This document shows, one piece after another, positions 44,279 through 53,667 of a stretch of 64,000 nucleotides of DNA. The position numbers and the translations under genes are program-made. Source of the stretch: an uncultured Nitrososphaerota archaeon (lineage in GTDB: Archaea; Thermoproteota; Nitrososphaeria; Nitrososphaerales; Gagatemarchaeaceae); assembly GCA_963718895.1 (NCBI GenBank), contig CAVRAG010000008.1, positions 1,548,040 to 1,612,039 of the forward strand, given 5' to 3'. The stretch's first letter is position 1; each line of letters opens with the position of its first letter. Below the pieces are notes generated by a model. The model made no database searches and was not told where the DNA came from. It worked only from the letters and a program-made list of their open reading frames with translations.

Positions 44279-46627
44279 TTGAAGACGTTGGAAACTCCAC
44301 CCGTTCCCAAGCTTGAGGCCACAAGCTGGAACCCGGGTCTGGAGGAAGCAACGAGGGTCCTGTGGGAATCAGAAGAAAGTTTTGAGTTCAAGCCAGGGAA
44401 CGAGAAGAAACGCAATTTTGTCATAGACACCCCGCCTCCATACCCATCGGGGAAGCCGTGGCACCCGGGCGCGCTCACCCAATATTCCCAGATAGACATG
44501 ATAGCTCGTTCGGCCCGGATGAGGAACTACAACGTCCTCTACCCCGTGGGGATAGACAGGAACGGGTTGCCGGTCGAGATAGCGACCGAGAGGAAGTACA
44601 GAATCCAGCTCAGGAAGACGCCGCGTGATGAGTTCATCGACCTCTGCAAGCATGCGCTCGATGATATCGAGGCATACATGATCGAACTCCTGAAGCGGCT
44701 CGGAATCTCGGGGGATTTCAAGAACAAGTACAGGACGGACTCCGAGGATTACAGGAAAATCACCCAGTGGTCGTTCATAGAGCTATGGAACAAGGGGCTG
44801 GTCCACATAGCAAACAGGCCCAACAACTACTGCACTGACTGCGGGACCACAATTGCAGATGCGGAGATAGAGTATGAGGAGCTCCCGACCTACCTTGTGA
44901 CGAACCGGTTCAGGGTGAAGGGGGGCGATGAGGAGATACTGGTAGCGACCACAAGGCCAGAGCTGCTGGAGGCATGTCAGCTCATCGTTGTACATCCAGA
45001 TGACGACAGATACAGGGGGCTGGTAGGCAAGACTGCGATAACACCGATTTTCGGGAACGAGGTCACGATAACGACCCACAAGAGCGTCGACATGGCCTTC
45101 GGTACGGGCGTCGTGATGATATGCAGCTACGGCGACTATCATGATGTCCAGCTAATCAGGGAATTCAAACTGAAGGAGGTAGTCGCCATAGACATAGACG
45201 GCAAGATGACTTCGGCAGCAGGGAAGTACGCCGGCATGTCAATCAAAGACGCCAGGTCGCAGATCATCCAGGACCTGCAGGAGAGCAAGCTGGCGACGAG
45301 GGTCGAACAGATACAGCACAGGACTCCGTTGTGTGAGAGGAGCCACACCCCCATCGAGATTATACCGATGCAGGAGTTCTATCTCAAACAGCTCGACTTC
45401 ATCCCGAAACTCAAGAAACTCGCAAAGGAGATGAACTTCCACCCAGACATGCACAGACAGATACTTCTCAACTGGATGAACTCGCTGACCACAGACTATC
45501 CAATCTCCAGGAGACGGTACTATGCGACCGAGATTCCGATATGGTACTGCAGTAAGTGCAACGAGCCGCACCTCCCACGGCCCGGGAAGTACTACAGACC
45601 GTGGAAGGACCCTGCGCCGTTCAGGAAGTGCAAGAAATGCGGTAACACGAGGTTCATCGGCGAGACCAAGACGTTCGATACCTGGATGGACTCGAGTATC
45701 TCGGCGCTCTTCATAACGAAGTGGATGAGGAACCAGCGTTTCCACCGGGCCACCTATCCGACGACGATTCGGACCCAGGGCAAGGATATCGTGAGGACAT
45801 GGCTCTACTATTCGCTCCTGAGGTGCTATCTTCTCACGGGCAAGGCGCCATTCAAGGACGCGTGGGTGGGCGGGCTCGGGCAGGATGCCCAGGGACGCGC
45901 CATGAGAAAGAGTTTAGGCAACTTCGTGGACCCGGAGCCGCTCCTGCAAAAGTACGGCAGTGATACGTTCAGGTTCTGGGGCGCGGGTGAAGCTAACCAA
46001 GGCTATGACTTCAGGTTGAGCGAGGACAGAGTGGCCGGTGCTGGTAAGTTCCTGACCAAGCTCTGGAACACCGCGCGCTACATAGGCTCATTCCCGGAAC
46101 CTGAGTCCGCCACTCTCACAGATTCGGACAGGTGGATCCTCGCCGAGCTGGACAAGCTCATCGACGAATGCGGCAAGGGATACGAGGAGTTCAACATGTT
46201 CGTTCCCGCTACGAAAATCAAGGAGTTCCTGTGGAACGTGTTCACCTCTCACTATCTTGAGATGACGAAGGGTAGAGCCTACGGTGACTCTGGCAACCAG
46301 AAGGACCGAGAAGCGGCATGCTACACGCTTCACCGGGTCATGAGGAGCCTGCTGCTCCTGCTCGCACCCATAATCCCGCACATCACGGACCACGTTTGGA
46401 GGAGACTGTACGGCATGGGGTCGATTCACAGGGAGCTCTTCCCAAAGCCCGGCGATCACCATGTCCCTGCTGGAGTGACCGAGGCTCTCGTCGAGTTCAA
46501 CGTCCAAGTCTGGAAGTCAAAGAGGGACAAGGGCATGGCCTTGAAGGAGCCCATCGCGGTGGAGGTCCCGAAGAAGCTTCACCCCTATCTCTCCGACCTG
46601 ACCAGGATGCATCACATCACAGGCTAG
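44279..46627 (+). CDS. valS: Valine--tRNA ligase
   Basis: IDTPPPYPSG, ATTRPE, GTGVVMIC, DTWMDSS, AMRKSLGN. Confidence 0.95.
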   Translation: MKTLETPPVPKLEATSWNPGLEEATRVLWESEESFEFKPGNEKKRNFVIDTPPPYPSGKPWHPGALTQYSQIDMIARSARMRNYNVLYPVGIDRNGLPVEIATERKYRIQLRKTPRDEFIDLCKHALDDIEAYMIELLKRLGISGDFKNKYRTDSEDYRKITQWSFIELWNKGLVHIANRPNNYCTDCGTTIADAEIEYEELPTYLVTNRFRVKGGDEEILVATTRPELLEACQLIVVHPDDDRYRGLVGKTAITPIFGNEVTITTHKSVDMAFGTGVVMICSYGDYHDVQLIREFKLKEVVAIDIDGKMTSAAGKYAGMSIKDARSQIIQDLQESKLATRVEQIQHRTPLCERSHTPIEIIPMQEFYLKQLDFIPKLKKLAKEMNFHPDMHRQILLNWMNSLTTDYPISRRRYYATEIPIWYCSKCNEPHLPRPGKYYRPWKDPAPFRKCKKCGNTRFIGETKTFDTWMDSSISALFITKWMRNQRFHRATYPTTIRTQGKDIVRTWLYYSLLRCYLLTGKAPFKDAWVGGLGQDAQGRAMRKSLGNFVDPEPLLQKYGSDTFRFWGAGEANQGYDFRLSEDRVAGAGKFLTKLWNTARYIGSFPEPESATLTDSDRWILAELDKLIDECGKGYEEFNMFVPATKIKEFLWNVFTSHYLEMTKGRAYGDSGNQKDREAACYTLHRVMRSLLLLLAPIIPHITDHVWRRLYGMGSIHRELFPKPGDHHVPAGVTEALVEFNVQVWKSKRDKGMALKEPIAVEVPKKLHPYLSDLTRMHHITG

Positions 46628-47437
46628 TCACTCGAACTTCTTGGACAGCGCCTGGTAGTCCGTCCGAGAGATCCTCACGTCAATCGAACGGGCGTTCTCC
46701 TCGACGTGCGACACCCTCCCTGCTTTGGGTATCGCCACCACGGGGTCCATGTAGGTCACCCAGTTCAGCATCAGCTGCGCCGGTGTCATCTCGTACTTCG
46801 CGAGCATGTCCTTGGGTATCCTGCCGATTGGGATGTCGCCTGTGTCGAGCGGGCTATACGCTATCACAGTAACCCTCTCCTTCTCGCAGAAGGGGAGCAG
46901 GTCGGTCTCTATGGAACGGGAGGTGATGCTGTACCTCACCTGATTCGAGACCAGTTCACTCCTGGGTAGGGATTCCTGCGCCTGGATTGTCTGCTCGACC
47001 GAGAAGTTGCTCAATCCGATGTATCTTGTCTTCCCGGTGGCGACCAGTTCTTCCATCGCTCTCATGGTCTCTTGGATTGGGATGCGCGGGTTCGGCCAGT
47101 GCAGCTGGTAGAGGTCGACGAACTTCACACCTAGCCTCTGTATGCTGGTCTCGCACGACCTTATAATATCGTCATGGGCGAAGTTCTCCGGAGCGACCTT
47201 GGTGGCCAAGAAGACCTCGTCCCTGTAATCCCTTATCGCGTCGCCGACTAGACTCTCCGACCTCCCGTGCCCGTAGACCTCGGCCGTGTCGATGAATTTC
47301 ATCCCGAGCTCTATTCCTTTCTGGAGAGCCTTGATCTCCTCCCTCCGCTGCTCCCCGCTCGAGTTTCCGAGGGCCCAGGTGCCCATCCCGACTACGGGGA
47401 TCCTCTCTCCAGTCTTTCCGAGCTCCCTGGATTCCAT
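46628..47437 (-). CDS. Aldo/keto reductase
   Basis: DTAEVYG, DLYQLHWP, IGLSNF, AYSPL, AIPK. Confidence 0.93.
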   Translation of the reverse strand: MESRELGKTGERIPVVGMGTWALGNSSGEQRREEIKALQKGIELGMKFIDTAEVYGHGRSESLVGDAIRDYRDEVFLATKVAPENFAHDDIIRSCETSIQRLGVKFVDLYQLHWPNPRIPIQETMRAMEELVATGKTRYIGLSNFSVEQTIQAQESLPRSELVSNQVRYSITSRSIETDLLPFCEKERVTVIAYSPLDTGDIPIGRIPKDMLAKYEMTPAQLMLNWVTYMDPVVAIPKAGRVSHVEENARSIDVRISRTDYQALSKKFE

Positions 47438-47544
47438 CCAGTGACTGGATGCATTCCTCTTGTTTTAGTCTATCTGATGCGAAGACATTGACATGGTTGT
47501 GTCGGGAAAGGTTAAAAGAAAAAGGAATAGCTGAGGGCGGGAAG

Positions 47545-48363
47545 ATGCCCATCCTGGAAAGCCCTACGGATGAAGCGAAGAGGATTATCGAGGTTGCGCG
47601 GGAGAAGAAGATAATCCTGAGGCTCTTCGGTGGCGTATCATTCTATTTTCGCTGCCCCTCGGCGACGCACAGGAGCCTCCAGAGGAACTATGTCGACATA
47701 GACTTCCTCGGACACGCAAAGCAATCCAAGGATATCAAGAAGCTCTTCGAGGAACTTGGCTACGTGCCTAGGGACAGGTTCAACGCCATGCAGGGATACA
47801 GGAGGCTGATCTTCAACGACATCGAGCACCAGAGGCGCGTCGACATATTCTTGGACGTCTTCGAGATGTGTCACAAGTTCAACTTCAAGGACAGGCTCGA
47901 AATCGACGAGTATACCATTTCCCTCGCTGACATGCTTGCGACGAAGCTCCAGATCGTGGAGATAAACCAGAAAGACCTCAAGGACGTCGTCAGTATGTTC
48001 CTGGATCATGATGTGGGCGGCGGCGACTCCTCCGAGGTGATCAACGGAGCATATCTGGCGAAGCTCTGTTCCGAAGACTGGGGCATCTACAAGACCTTCG
48101 TCACGAACATCGACCACGTCCTGGGCATGATGAACGACTTTGACTTGAATGATGCGGAGAAGAGTTCTGTTACAGACAGGGTGACGCGGTTGAGGAAGAT
48201 GATCGAGGACGCCCCGAAGAGCTTCAAGTGGAAGATGAGGGCACGGGTAGGCGAGAAGGTCCAATGGTACGAGCTTCCTGAAGCCGACAAAGAAGTCGTC
48301 GACTCGCGCATCGGCTCTGGAACGGATCCGACCACCACCGGGACCGACTCGGCCACCGCGTGA
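47545..48363 (+). CDS. Putative nucleotidyltransferase-fold protein
   Basis: LFGG...DIDF...VDIF pattern of pol-beta-like NTases. Confidence 0.65.
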   Translation: MPILESPTDEAKRIIEVAREKKIILRLFGGVSFYFRCPSATHRSLQRNYVDIDFLGHAKQSKDIKKLFEELGYVPRDRFNAMQGYRRLIFNDIEHQRRVDIFLDVFEMCHKFNFKDRLEIDEYTISLADMLATKLQIVEINQKDLKDVVSMFLDHDVGGGDSSEVINGAYLAKLCSEDWGIYKTFVTNIDHVLGMMNDFDLNDAEKSSVTDRVTRLRKMIEDAPKSFKWKMRARVGEKVQWYELPEADKEVVDSRIGSGTDPTTTGTDSATA

Positions 48364-48384
48364 GGTTTAAAACCGCCACGAAGG

Positions 48385-49350
48385 ATGTGCCGGACATTGG
48401 CAAAGACAAGGCTCTTCTTTGTTACGGATGTCCACGGCTCGGATAGGTGCTTCCGCAAGTTCATCAATGCCGGCAAGTTCTACAACGCGGGAGTGCTAGT
48501 ACTCGGGGGGGACATCACGGGGAAGATGATCGTCCCAATCGTCAAGCAGCCAAATGGGAGCTACAAGTGCGAGTTTGGAGGTACGCAATACGAGTTAAAG
48601 TCCCAGGATCAGTTGAACGAGACGGTCAAGAGCATCAAGGACTCGGGGTTCTATCCACACATTACAGAACCCAAGGAGGTAGAGGAGCTCTCGGCGAAGC
48701 CCGAGCTCGTCCACGAGCTGTTCAAGAAGCTCATGAAGGAGAGCATCGAAGGTTGGATGAAACTCGCCGAGGAGAGGTTGAAGGGCACCGGCATCAAGTG
48801 CTACGTCTCTCCCGGGAACGACGACTACTTCGAGATCGATAAGGCACTCGATGCGGCGACCTATGTGATAAATCCAGAGGAGAAGACCGTCTACATAGAC
48901 GACGAGCACGAGATGATCACCTTGGGGTACGCGAACCATACCCCATGGAACAGCCCGAGAGAGGTCGACGAGGACGTTCTTCAGCAGAAGATTGACAGGA
49001 TGATAGCGCAGGTCAAGAACATGAAGACGACCCTCTTCAATCTGCACGTCCCTCCGATAAACACGGTGATCGACCAGGCGCCGAAGCTCGATGAGAACTT
49101 GAAGCCCGTGATTTCGGGCGGCAATATCGTGATGACCTCCGCGGGGAGCACGGCCGTAAGGGCGAGCATCGAGAAGCATCAGCCTCTCGCAGGGATACAT
49201 GGCCACATCCACGAGTCGAGAGGGATGGTCAAGATCGGGCAGACGATGTGCTTCAACCCGGGCAGCGAGTACAACTCCGGCATCCTGAAGGGGCTGCTCT
49301 GTGACGTCGAGAAGGACAAAGTCAAGTCGTACATGCTCACGTCGGGGTAA
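48385..49350 (+). CDS. Calcineurin-like metallophosphoesterase
   Basis: TDVHG, GGDI, PGNDD, HVPP, HGHIHE, NPGS. Confidence 0.9.
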   Translation: MCRTLAKTRLFFVTDVHGSDRCFRKFINAGKFYNAGVLVLGGDITGKMIVPIVKQPNGSYKCEFGGTQYELKSQDQLNETVKSIKDSGFYPHITEPKEVEELSAKPELVHELFKKLMKESIEGWMKLAEERLKGTGIKCYVSPGNDDYFEIDKALDAATYVINPEEKTVYIDDEHEMITLGYANHTPWNSPREVDEDVLQQKIDRMIAQVKNMKTTLFNLHVPPINTVIDQAPKLDENLKPVISGGNIVMTSAGSTAVRASIEKHQPLAGIHGHIHESRGMVKIGQTMCFNPGSEYNSGILKGLLCDVEKDKVKSYMLTSG

Positions 49351-49487
49351 GGAGCCTATGCAAGTGCGCGATGCACAGCAGGCTATGTGACTAGATTTCA
49401 AGTTAGACTCCTGGTTTAGTTTCTCAGCCTCGAGACTCCTTTTCTCGCAAATGTCTATATCTTGAAGCGGCATGATGGAAATCCAAG

Positions 49488-49904
49488 TTGTCAGATTGGA
49501 TCAAGGATTTGGATGAGTTCATGATTAAGAAGGAGGTCGAGAGGAAACGGGAGGCAGAATTGTGGGCGGAGACGAGAAAGAGGAACACTACCCTGATTGC
49601 TGAGAAGCTTGTTCCAGCTCTAGAGGAAATCGAGGTCGAATTGAAGAAGCATGGCAGAGAGGTTGTTGTCGGTAGCGGAGTTGACTACGCAAGTATAAGC
49701 GTCAGTTTCAAAGGTGCACGTGAGCTTGACCTCGCTATCGACTCTTCGCTCATGGTCGATGAGATCATCATTGACAGAAAGGGGGGCGGAGCCGTCAATG
49801 CCAAGGGCCCACTAATCATGGAGGACCCAAACAAGAATCTTGAGACCGTTACAAAAGAGGATGTCATCACGGCTGTAGTTTCAAGGTACAAAGATAGAAT
49901 CTGA
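49488..49904 (+). CDS. Hypothetical protein in a tRNA-Thr-linked islet
   Basis: 138-aa ORF. Confidence 0.65.
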   Translation: MSDWIKDLDEFMIKKEVERKREAELWAETRKRNTTLIAEKLVPALEEIEVELKKHGREVVVGSGVDYASISVSFKGARELDLAIDSSLMVDEIIIDRKGGGAVNAKGPLIMEDPNKNLETVTKEDVITAVVSRYKDRI

Positions 49905-49909
49905 GAGGG

Positions 49910-50150
49910 ATGTCAACGCGCGTATTGTGGCGTTCGTCTAAAGGATGAAGATGTGGCCACGCTGAACCAACGCCTCAAGCAGCTTGGGTACAGCTCTCTA
50001 GGCGAGCTAGTGGGCGGGATTGCAGCAGGTGTTGTCACGAGCAGGCAGGTCGTCGAGGAGCTTGCCGACGTGATAGCGGGCAAGGTTGTTAACAATTTGT
50101 TAACCTTGCAGCCCCGGCTTGGAGAGTTGCCCGTGGAATCGAGCGTAGGA
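49910..50150 (+). CDS. Small ribbon-helix-helix-like protein (possible frameshift at the start; frame runs on antisense into tRNA-Thr)
   Basis: YCGVRLKDEDVATLNQRLKQLGYSSLGELV resembles CopG/RHH. Confidence 0.4.
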
Positions 50151-50153
50151 AGG

Positions 50154-50227
50154 AGCCTCGGGCGGGATTTGATCCCACGACCTACTGCTTACAAGGCAGT
50201 TGCTCTACCAGGCTGAGCTACCGAGGC
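50154..50227 (-). tRNA. tRNA-Thr(TGT), no intron
   Basis: GCCTCGG/CCGAGGC acceptor stem; ACTGC-CTTGTAA-GCAGT anticodon arm. Confidence 0.95.
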
Positions 50228-50655
50228 GCGCTGGCAGACGGCTTCTGATTGTCCTTATCTTCTTTGTCCCTCGAATAGGCAATCATGTCGGATGCGAGAA
50301 GCCTCAGGAATCCCCCGAACTCCTCGTCGTGCATCTCGACGTTATCGAACCTCTGGGCCTGTTTGGCCATCTCGTACGCCAGCAGATGATAACAGGTCAG
50401 GTCTCTGCCTCCCAAGACCCTGAAGAAGAAGTGCCGGCAGGAGCAGAACGGCTTCTCGGGGTCTATGAACTCGTCGCCACTCCGGCCTACCACTGTGAAC
50501 AAGACCCTGCCGCTCGGATTGAAGACGTGTCTCTTCACACACCCATCGAGGACCGCTTCTGCGGCCTTCTTGAGATGACCGGGATGATTTGAGCTATGAG
50601 CGAGACTGGAGATTAGATCTTCTCTGCTCGGTCCCTGGTCGGTCGTGTCCATCAT
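50218..50655 (-). CDS. SWIM zinc-finger protein
   Basis: FCSC...CYHL motif. Confidence 0.8.
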   Translation of the reverse strand: MMDTTDQGPSREDLISSLAHSSNHPGHLKKAAEAVLDGCVKRHVFNPSGRVLFTVVGRSGDEFIDPEKPFCSCRHFFFRVLGGRDLTCYHLLAYEMAKQAQRFDNVEMHDEEFGGFLRLLASDMIAYSRDKEDKDNQKPSASAPR

Positions 50656-51740
50656 CCCAGGAACTCTGAGAGTGAACTCTGCTCCTTGGATTCCTCGAAG
50701 TCCGCCACTCTAACCCCCACGCGCCTCAGTTCCCCAAGCTCGCTGATAAGGGAGTTCAGAAGTTCTGACGCAGCCCGGTTCAGTGTTGAAGGGTCGCTGG
50801 TCGGCGCTTCTAGTGTCTTGGTGCGGGTTCTCGTGGACAGGTCACTCAGGATGCCGATGACTGAGATTGACCTGAAGAACAGGCTTTGCCCGACCACCCT
50901 CTTTTGGACGTCGGCCAGAGCAGGGCTGAGTTGTGATAGAATCTCTTCTAAGTTTCGCGAGTCCCTCTTTAGCGTGATGATTCTGCTTATCTGCGTCGCC
51001 TGGCCTCTCTCCTGCACAGGTTCCTCGTCTTCGCCTCTTGCGGAGTTGTGAAGGTAGACAGCCAGTTTCTGTCCGAAAAGGTCTTCGAGCTGTGATACGT
51101 CCTTTCTCGCGAGGTCCCCGATGGTGACGACGCCTATCTCCTGCAACGCCTTTGCAGTCTTGTCGCCAATCCCATAGAGTCTCTCTACGGGCATTGGTTC
51201 CATGAAACTTGTTAACTCCGAGGGTCGGACGACGGTCAGCCCGTCAGGCTTCTTGAAATCAGAGGCCAACTTCGCAGATATCTTGCTGGGTGCGACGCCC
51301 ACAGAGCATGTCAGCTTCTCGCGCTGGCGTATCTGCAGCTTTATGCTGGAAGCAATCTCGGTGCCGACCTCGAAGTTACTCCCGGACCGCCTTGTGATGT
51401 CGAAGAAGGCCTCGTCTATCCCCGTCTGCTCCATGACGTCCACACTATCCCTCAGGATCTCCATCACCCGCTCAGAATATCTCTCGTACTTCTCTCTGTC
51501 CATCCGGATGAATGCCGCTTCCTTGCCGGCAAGATGCTTCTTGGCAAAGGCTATGGGGATGCCCGACCTTACTCCCAGTTCCCTGGCTCTGTAGTTGGCG
51601 GTGCTGACCACTCCGCTGTCCTCTGTGCGACCAGAGTAGACACAGACCAGGACGGGAAGGTCTCTCAGGGAAGGGTTCTCAAGCTCCTCGACCTGCGCGT
51701 AGAAGTAATCCAGGTCGAGATGGCCCACCACTCGGGTCAA
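50652..51740 (-). CDS. dinB: Y-family DNA polymerase IV (Dpo4/DinB)
   Basis: DLDYFYAQVE, ANYRAR, GIDEAF, KLASD..KPDG. Confidence 0.95.
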   Translation of the reverse strand: MTRVVGHLDLDYFYAQVEELENPSLRDLPVLVCVYSGRTEDSGVVSTANYRARELGVRSGIPIAFAKKHLAGKEAAFIRMDREKYERYSERVMEILRDSVDVMEQTGIDEAFFDITRRSGSNFEVGTEIASSIKLQIRQREKLTCSVGVAPSKISAKLASDFKKPDGLTVVRPSELTSFMEPMPVERLYGIGDKTAKALQEIGVVTIGDLARKDVSQLEDLFGQKLAVYLHNSARGEDEEPVQERGQATQISRIITLKRDSRNLEEILSQLSPALADVQKRVVGQSLFFRSISVIGILSDLSTRTRTKTLEAPTSDPSTLNRAASELLNSLISELGELRRVGVRVADFEESKEQSSLSEFLG

Positions 51741-51786
51741 ACGTTCGGGAAGCGACTCTCCGCTCGATTTAAGGGTATAAGATTGA

Positions 51787-51946
51787 TGGGGTCGGCCGGA
51801 TTTGAACCGGCGCTCTCAAGCGTTCTCGAGACAGATTGCTTGCAATCTGTCTCTTCCCGAGGCATCTTCCGATTGTGTTTGAAGCCTGGACCAGACTAGC
51901 CTCGTTGAAAGGGTGTCACCCTACCAACAATCTAGCCGACGACCCC
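51787..51946 (-). tRNA. tRNA-Pro(CGG) with three inserts (36 nt in the D-arm, 15 nt in the anticodon stem, 33 nt at 37/38)
   Basis: GGGGTCG/CGACCCC acceptor stem; splicing gives 76 nt with CAAGC-CTCGGGC-GCTTG arm and GTTCAAATC. Confidence 0.85.
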
Positions 51947-53067
51947 TGAGGCTAGCTCCCCGTGTCGGGCCTTATATTCTATCTCCGCTCTTGAAATCGA
52001 TTCGTTGGTTTCCGATCTGATGTTCCGCTGCAGCTCCGTGAACCTAGGCCCCATTTCGCTCCAATCCTCGTTTCTATAGTCCAAGAATAGTTTCATTTTC
52101 CCTATCTTCTCTTGATGATGACTGTAAGGGAGCACCTGATGTGCCAATCGCTTGATCTCGTCTCTTCTGCTAATCACCAAGGTCCAGATGTCTTCTGTCA
52201 GGGTAATCCATCTGTTTCCCTCTCGTCCCTTTACTAGCTTGATTGTTCCTTTCTTCTGTGAAAGATACACGTGAGGGTGATAATTCCACTTCTCAAGCGC
52301 GGATGCGAGCCCCATCAGCAGGCCATTACTCCTCGATGTAATGTTAAAGTGGAACGCTGTCCTGCCCCGCTTCTCCCAGGCCGACCAGCACCCGTCAGAG
52401 TCGCTTAGTCCTGCTGTAAACATGCTGAGCAATGTTGGCTCCGAGGGAGGGCTGAGAGGTCTTGGAATCATGAACCTGAAACTGTTGTCGAGATATGCTT
52501 TGATTTGCCAATCATATCCTGTGAGGAACACTCTTCTCGGAGTTGCAAAGCAATAGCCATATTGAGAGAATGATTTCTGGAACATCTGCAACATGGCCTG
52601 ATGTGTCGTACTTACCCTGGCCGTAACTGTCAGAGCTGAGTCTTGGAAGGCGTTTACGTCACCAGCTCGATACCCAAGAAGATAGGCCTTCGTAGCTTCG
52701 TCACCTGAGAAAGGTGTTCTGGGGTACCTCGGTACCGACCGAGGTCTAAGTCGAATTTGTTTCGCGACATGGCCTCTGACTGTCGATTTCGATATGCCTA
52801 ATAGGATGGAAATCTCCTTCAGTGTCTTACCCTCGTTTTGATACAAGTTGAGAATCAAGTTGGATCTTGCTTGTGTGTGAGCCCAGTCCAAGGCCTTCGT
52901 TGAATGTCAAACTTCACCATGTAGTAGTGAACATGGCTCTTGGTTGTTCCTGTAATCTGAGCAATCTCTCCTATGGAGAGGCCTTTGTCGCAGTACATCT
53001 CTCGTAAAACTGACGGATTCTTCAGGTCCGAAATTGAACCTAGATTGTCACGAGAAATGGGTAGCAA
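51932..53067 (-). CDS. Free-standing LAGLIDADG endonuclease-like protein with two N-terminal HTH modules (frameshift near 52860)
   Basis: AYLLGYRAGD and FTAGLSDSDG motifs; LSIGEIAQITG and TLKEISILLG HTHs in adjacent frames. Confidence 0.8.
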
Positions 53068-53226
53068 GGCTTTGCAATCTCAGAGGAGTCAAAGTTCAAT
53101 AAAACAGCGATGAGACTCTAACCATAATCGTCAATGGAGGTCTCTGAATGTGATCAGGCTCGGTAGGGAGCAGCCTCGTGTCCGACTACGTAGGCGTTAT
53201 AAGCAAGAAGCTTCTGCGGTGGTCTC

Positions 53227-53529
53227 ATGCCTGAAGGTACGAAAACTGTAATCGTTGGTCAATCCAAGCCGCTCTTGAACTACGTAACCGCGTGCATAAC
53301 AATGTTCAATGGTGGCGCCGATCACGTAGTCCTTCGCTCAAGGGGAGAAGCGATAAACATGGCCGTCGACGTAGCACAGCTTCTCAGGAAGAGATTCTTC
53401 AGTCAGGTGCAGATCTCGAAAATCCAAATTGATGGCGAAAACGTCATCTCAAGGGATGGCAGGCAGCTCAGTCTCCCGGTCTTGGAGATCGAGTTGTCCA
53501 TGCCAAAAGCACAAACCACCACCGTCTGA
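53227..53529 (+). CDS. albA: Alba DNA/RNA-binding protein
   Basis: KPLLNYV, LRSRGEAINMAVD, LEIEL. Confidence 0.9.
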   Translation: MPEGTKTVIVGQSKPLLNYVTACITMFNGGADHVVLRSRGEAINMAVDVAQLLRKRFFSQVQISKIQIDGENVISRDGRQLSLPVLEIELSMPKAQTTTV

Positions 53530-53667
53530 GCAAGCAAGCCTGGTTGAATGAACTGAATCGGTGCTCTCAGGTTCCAGAGTGCGGAACTGGTGGTACAGCC
53601 TCGGGCCGACGCTCTTCTTACATAAAGCCAGTCTCTAATCTGACTGCTGAGACATCCTAACCGGGGG

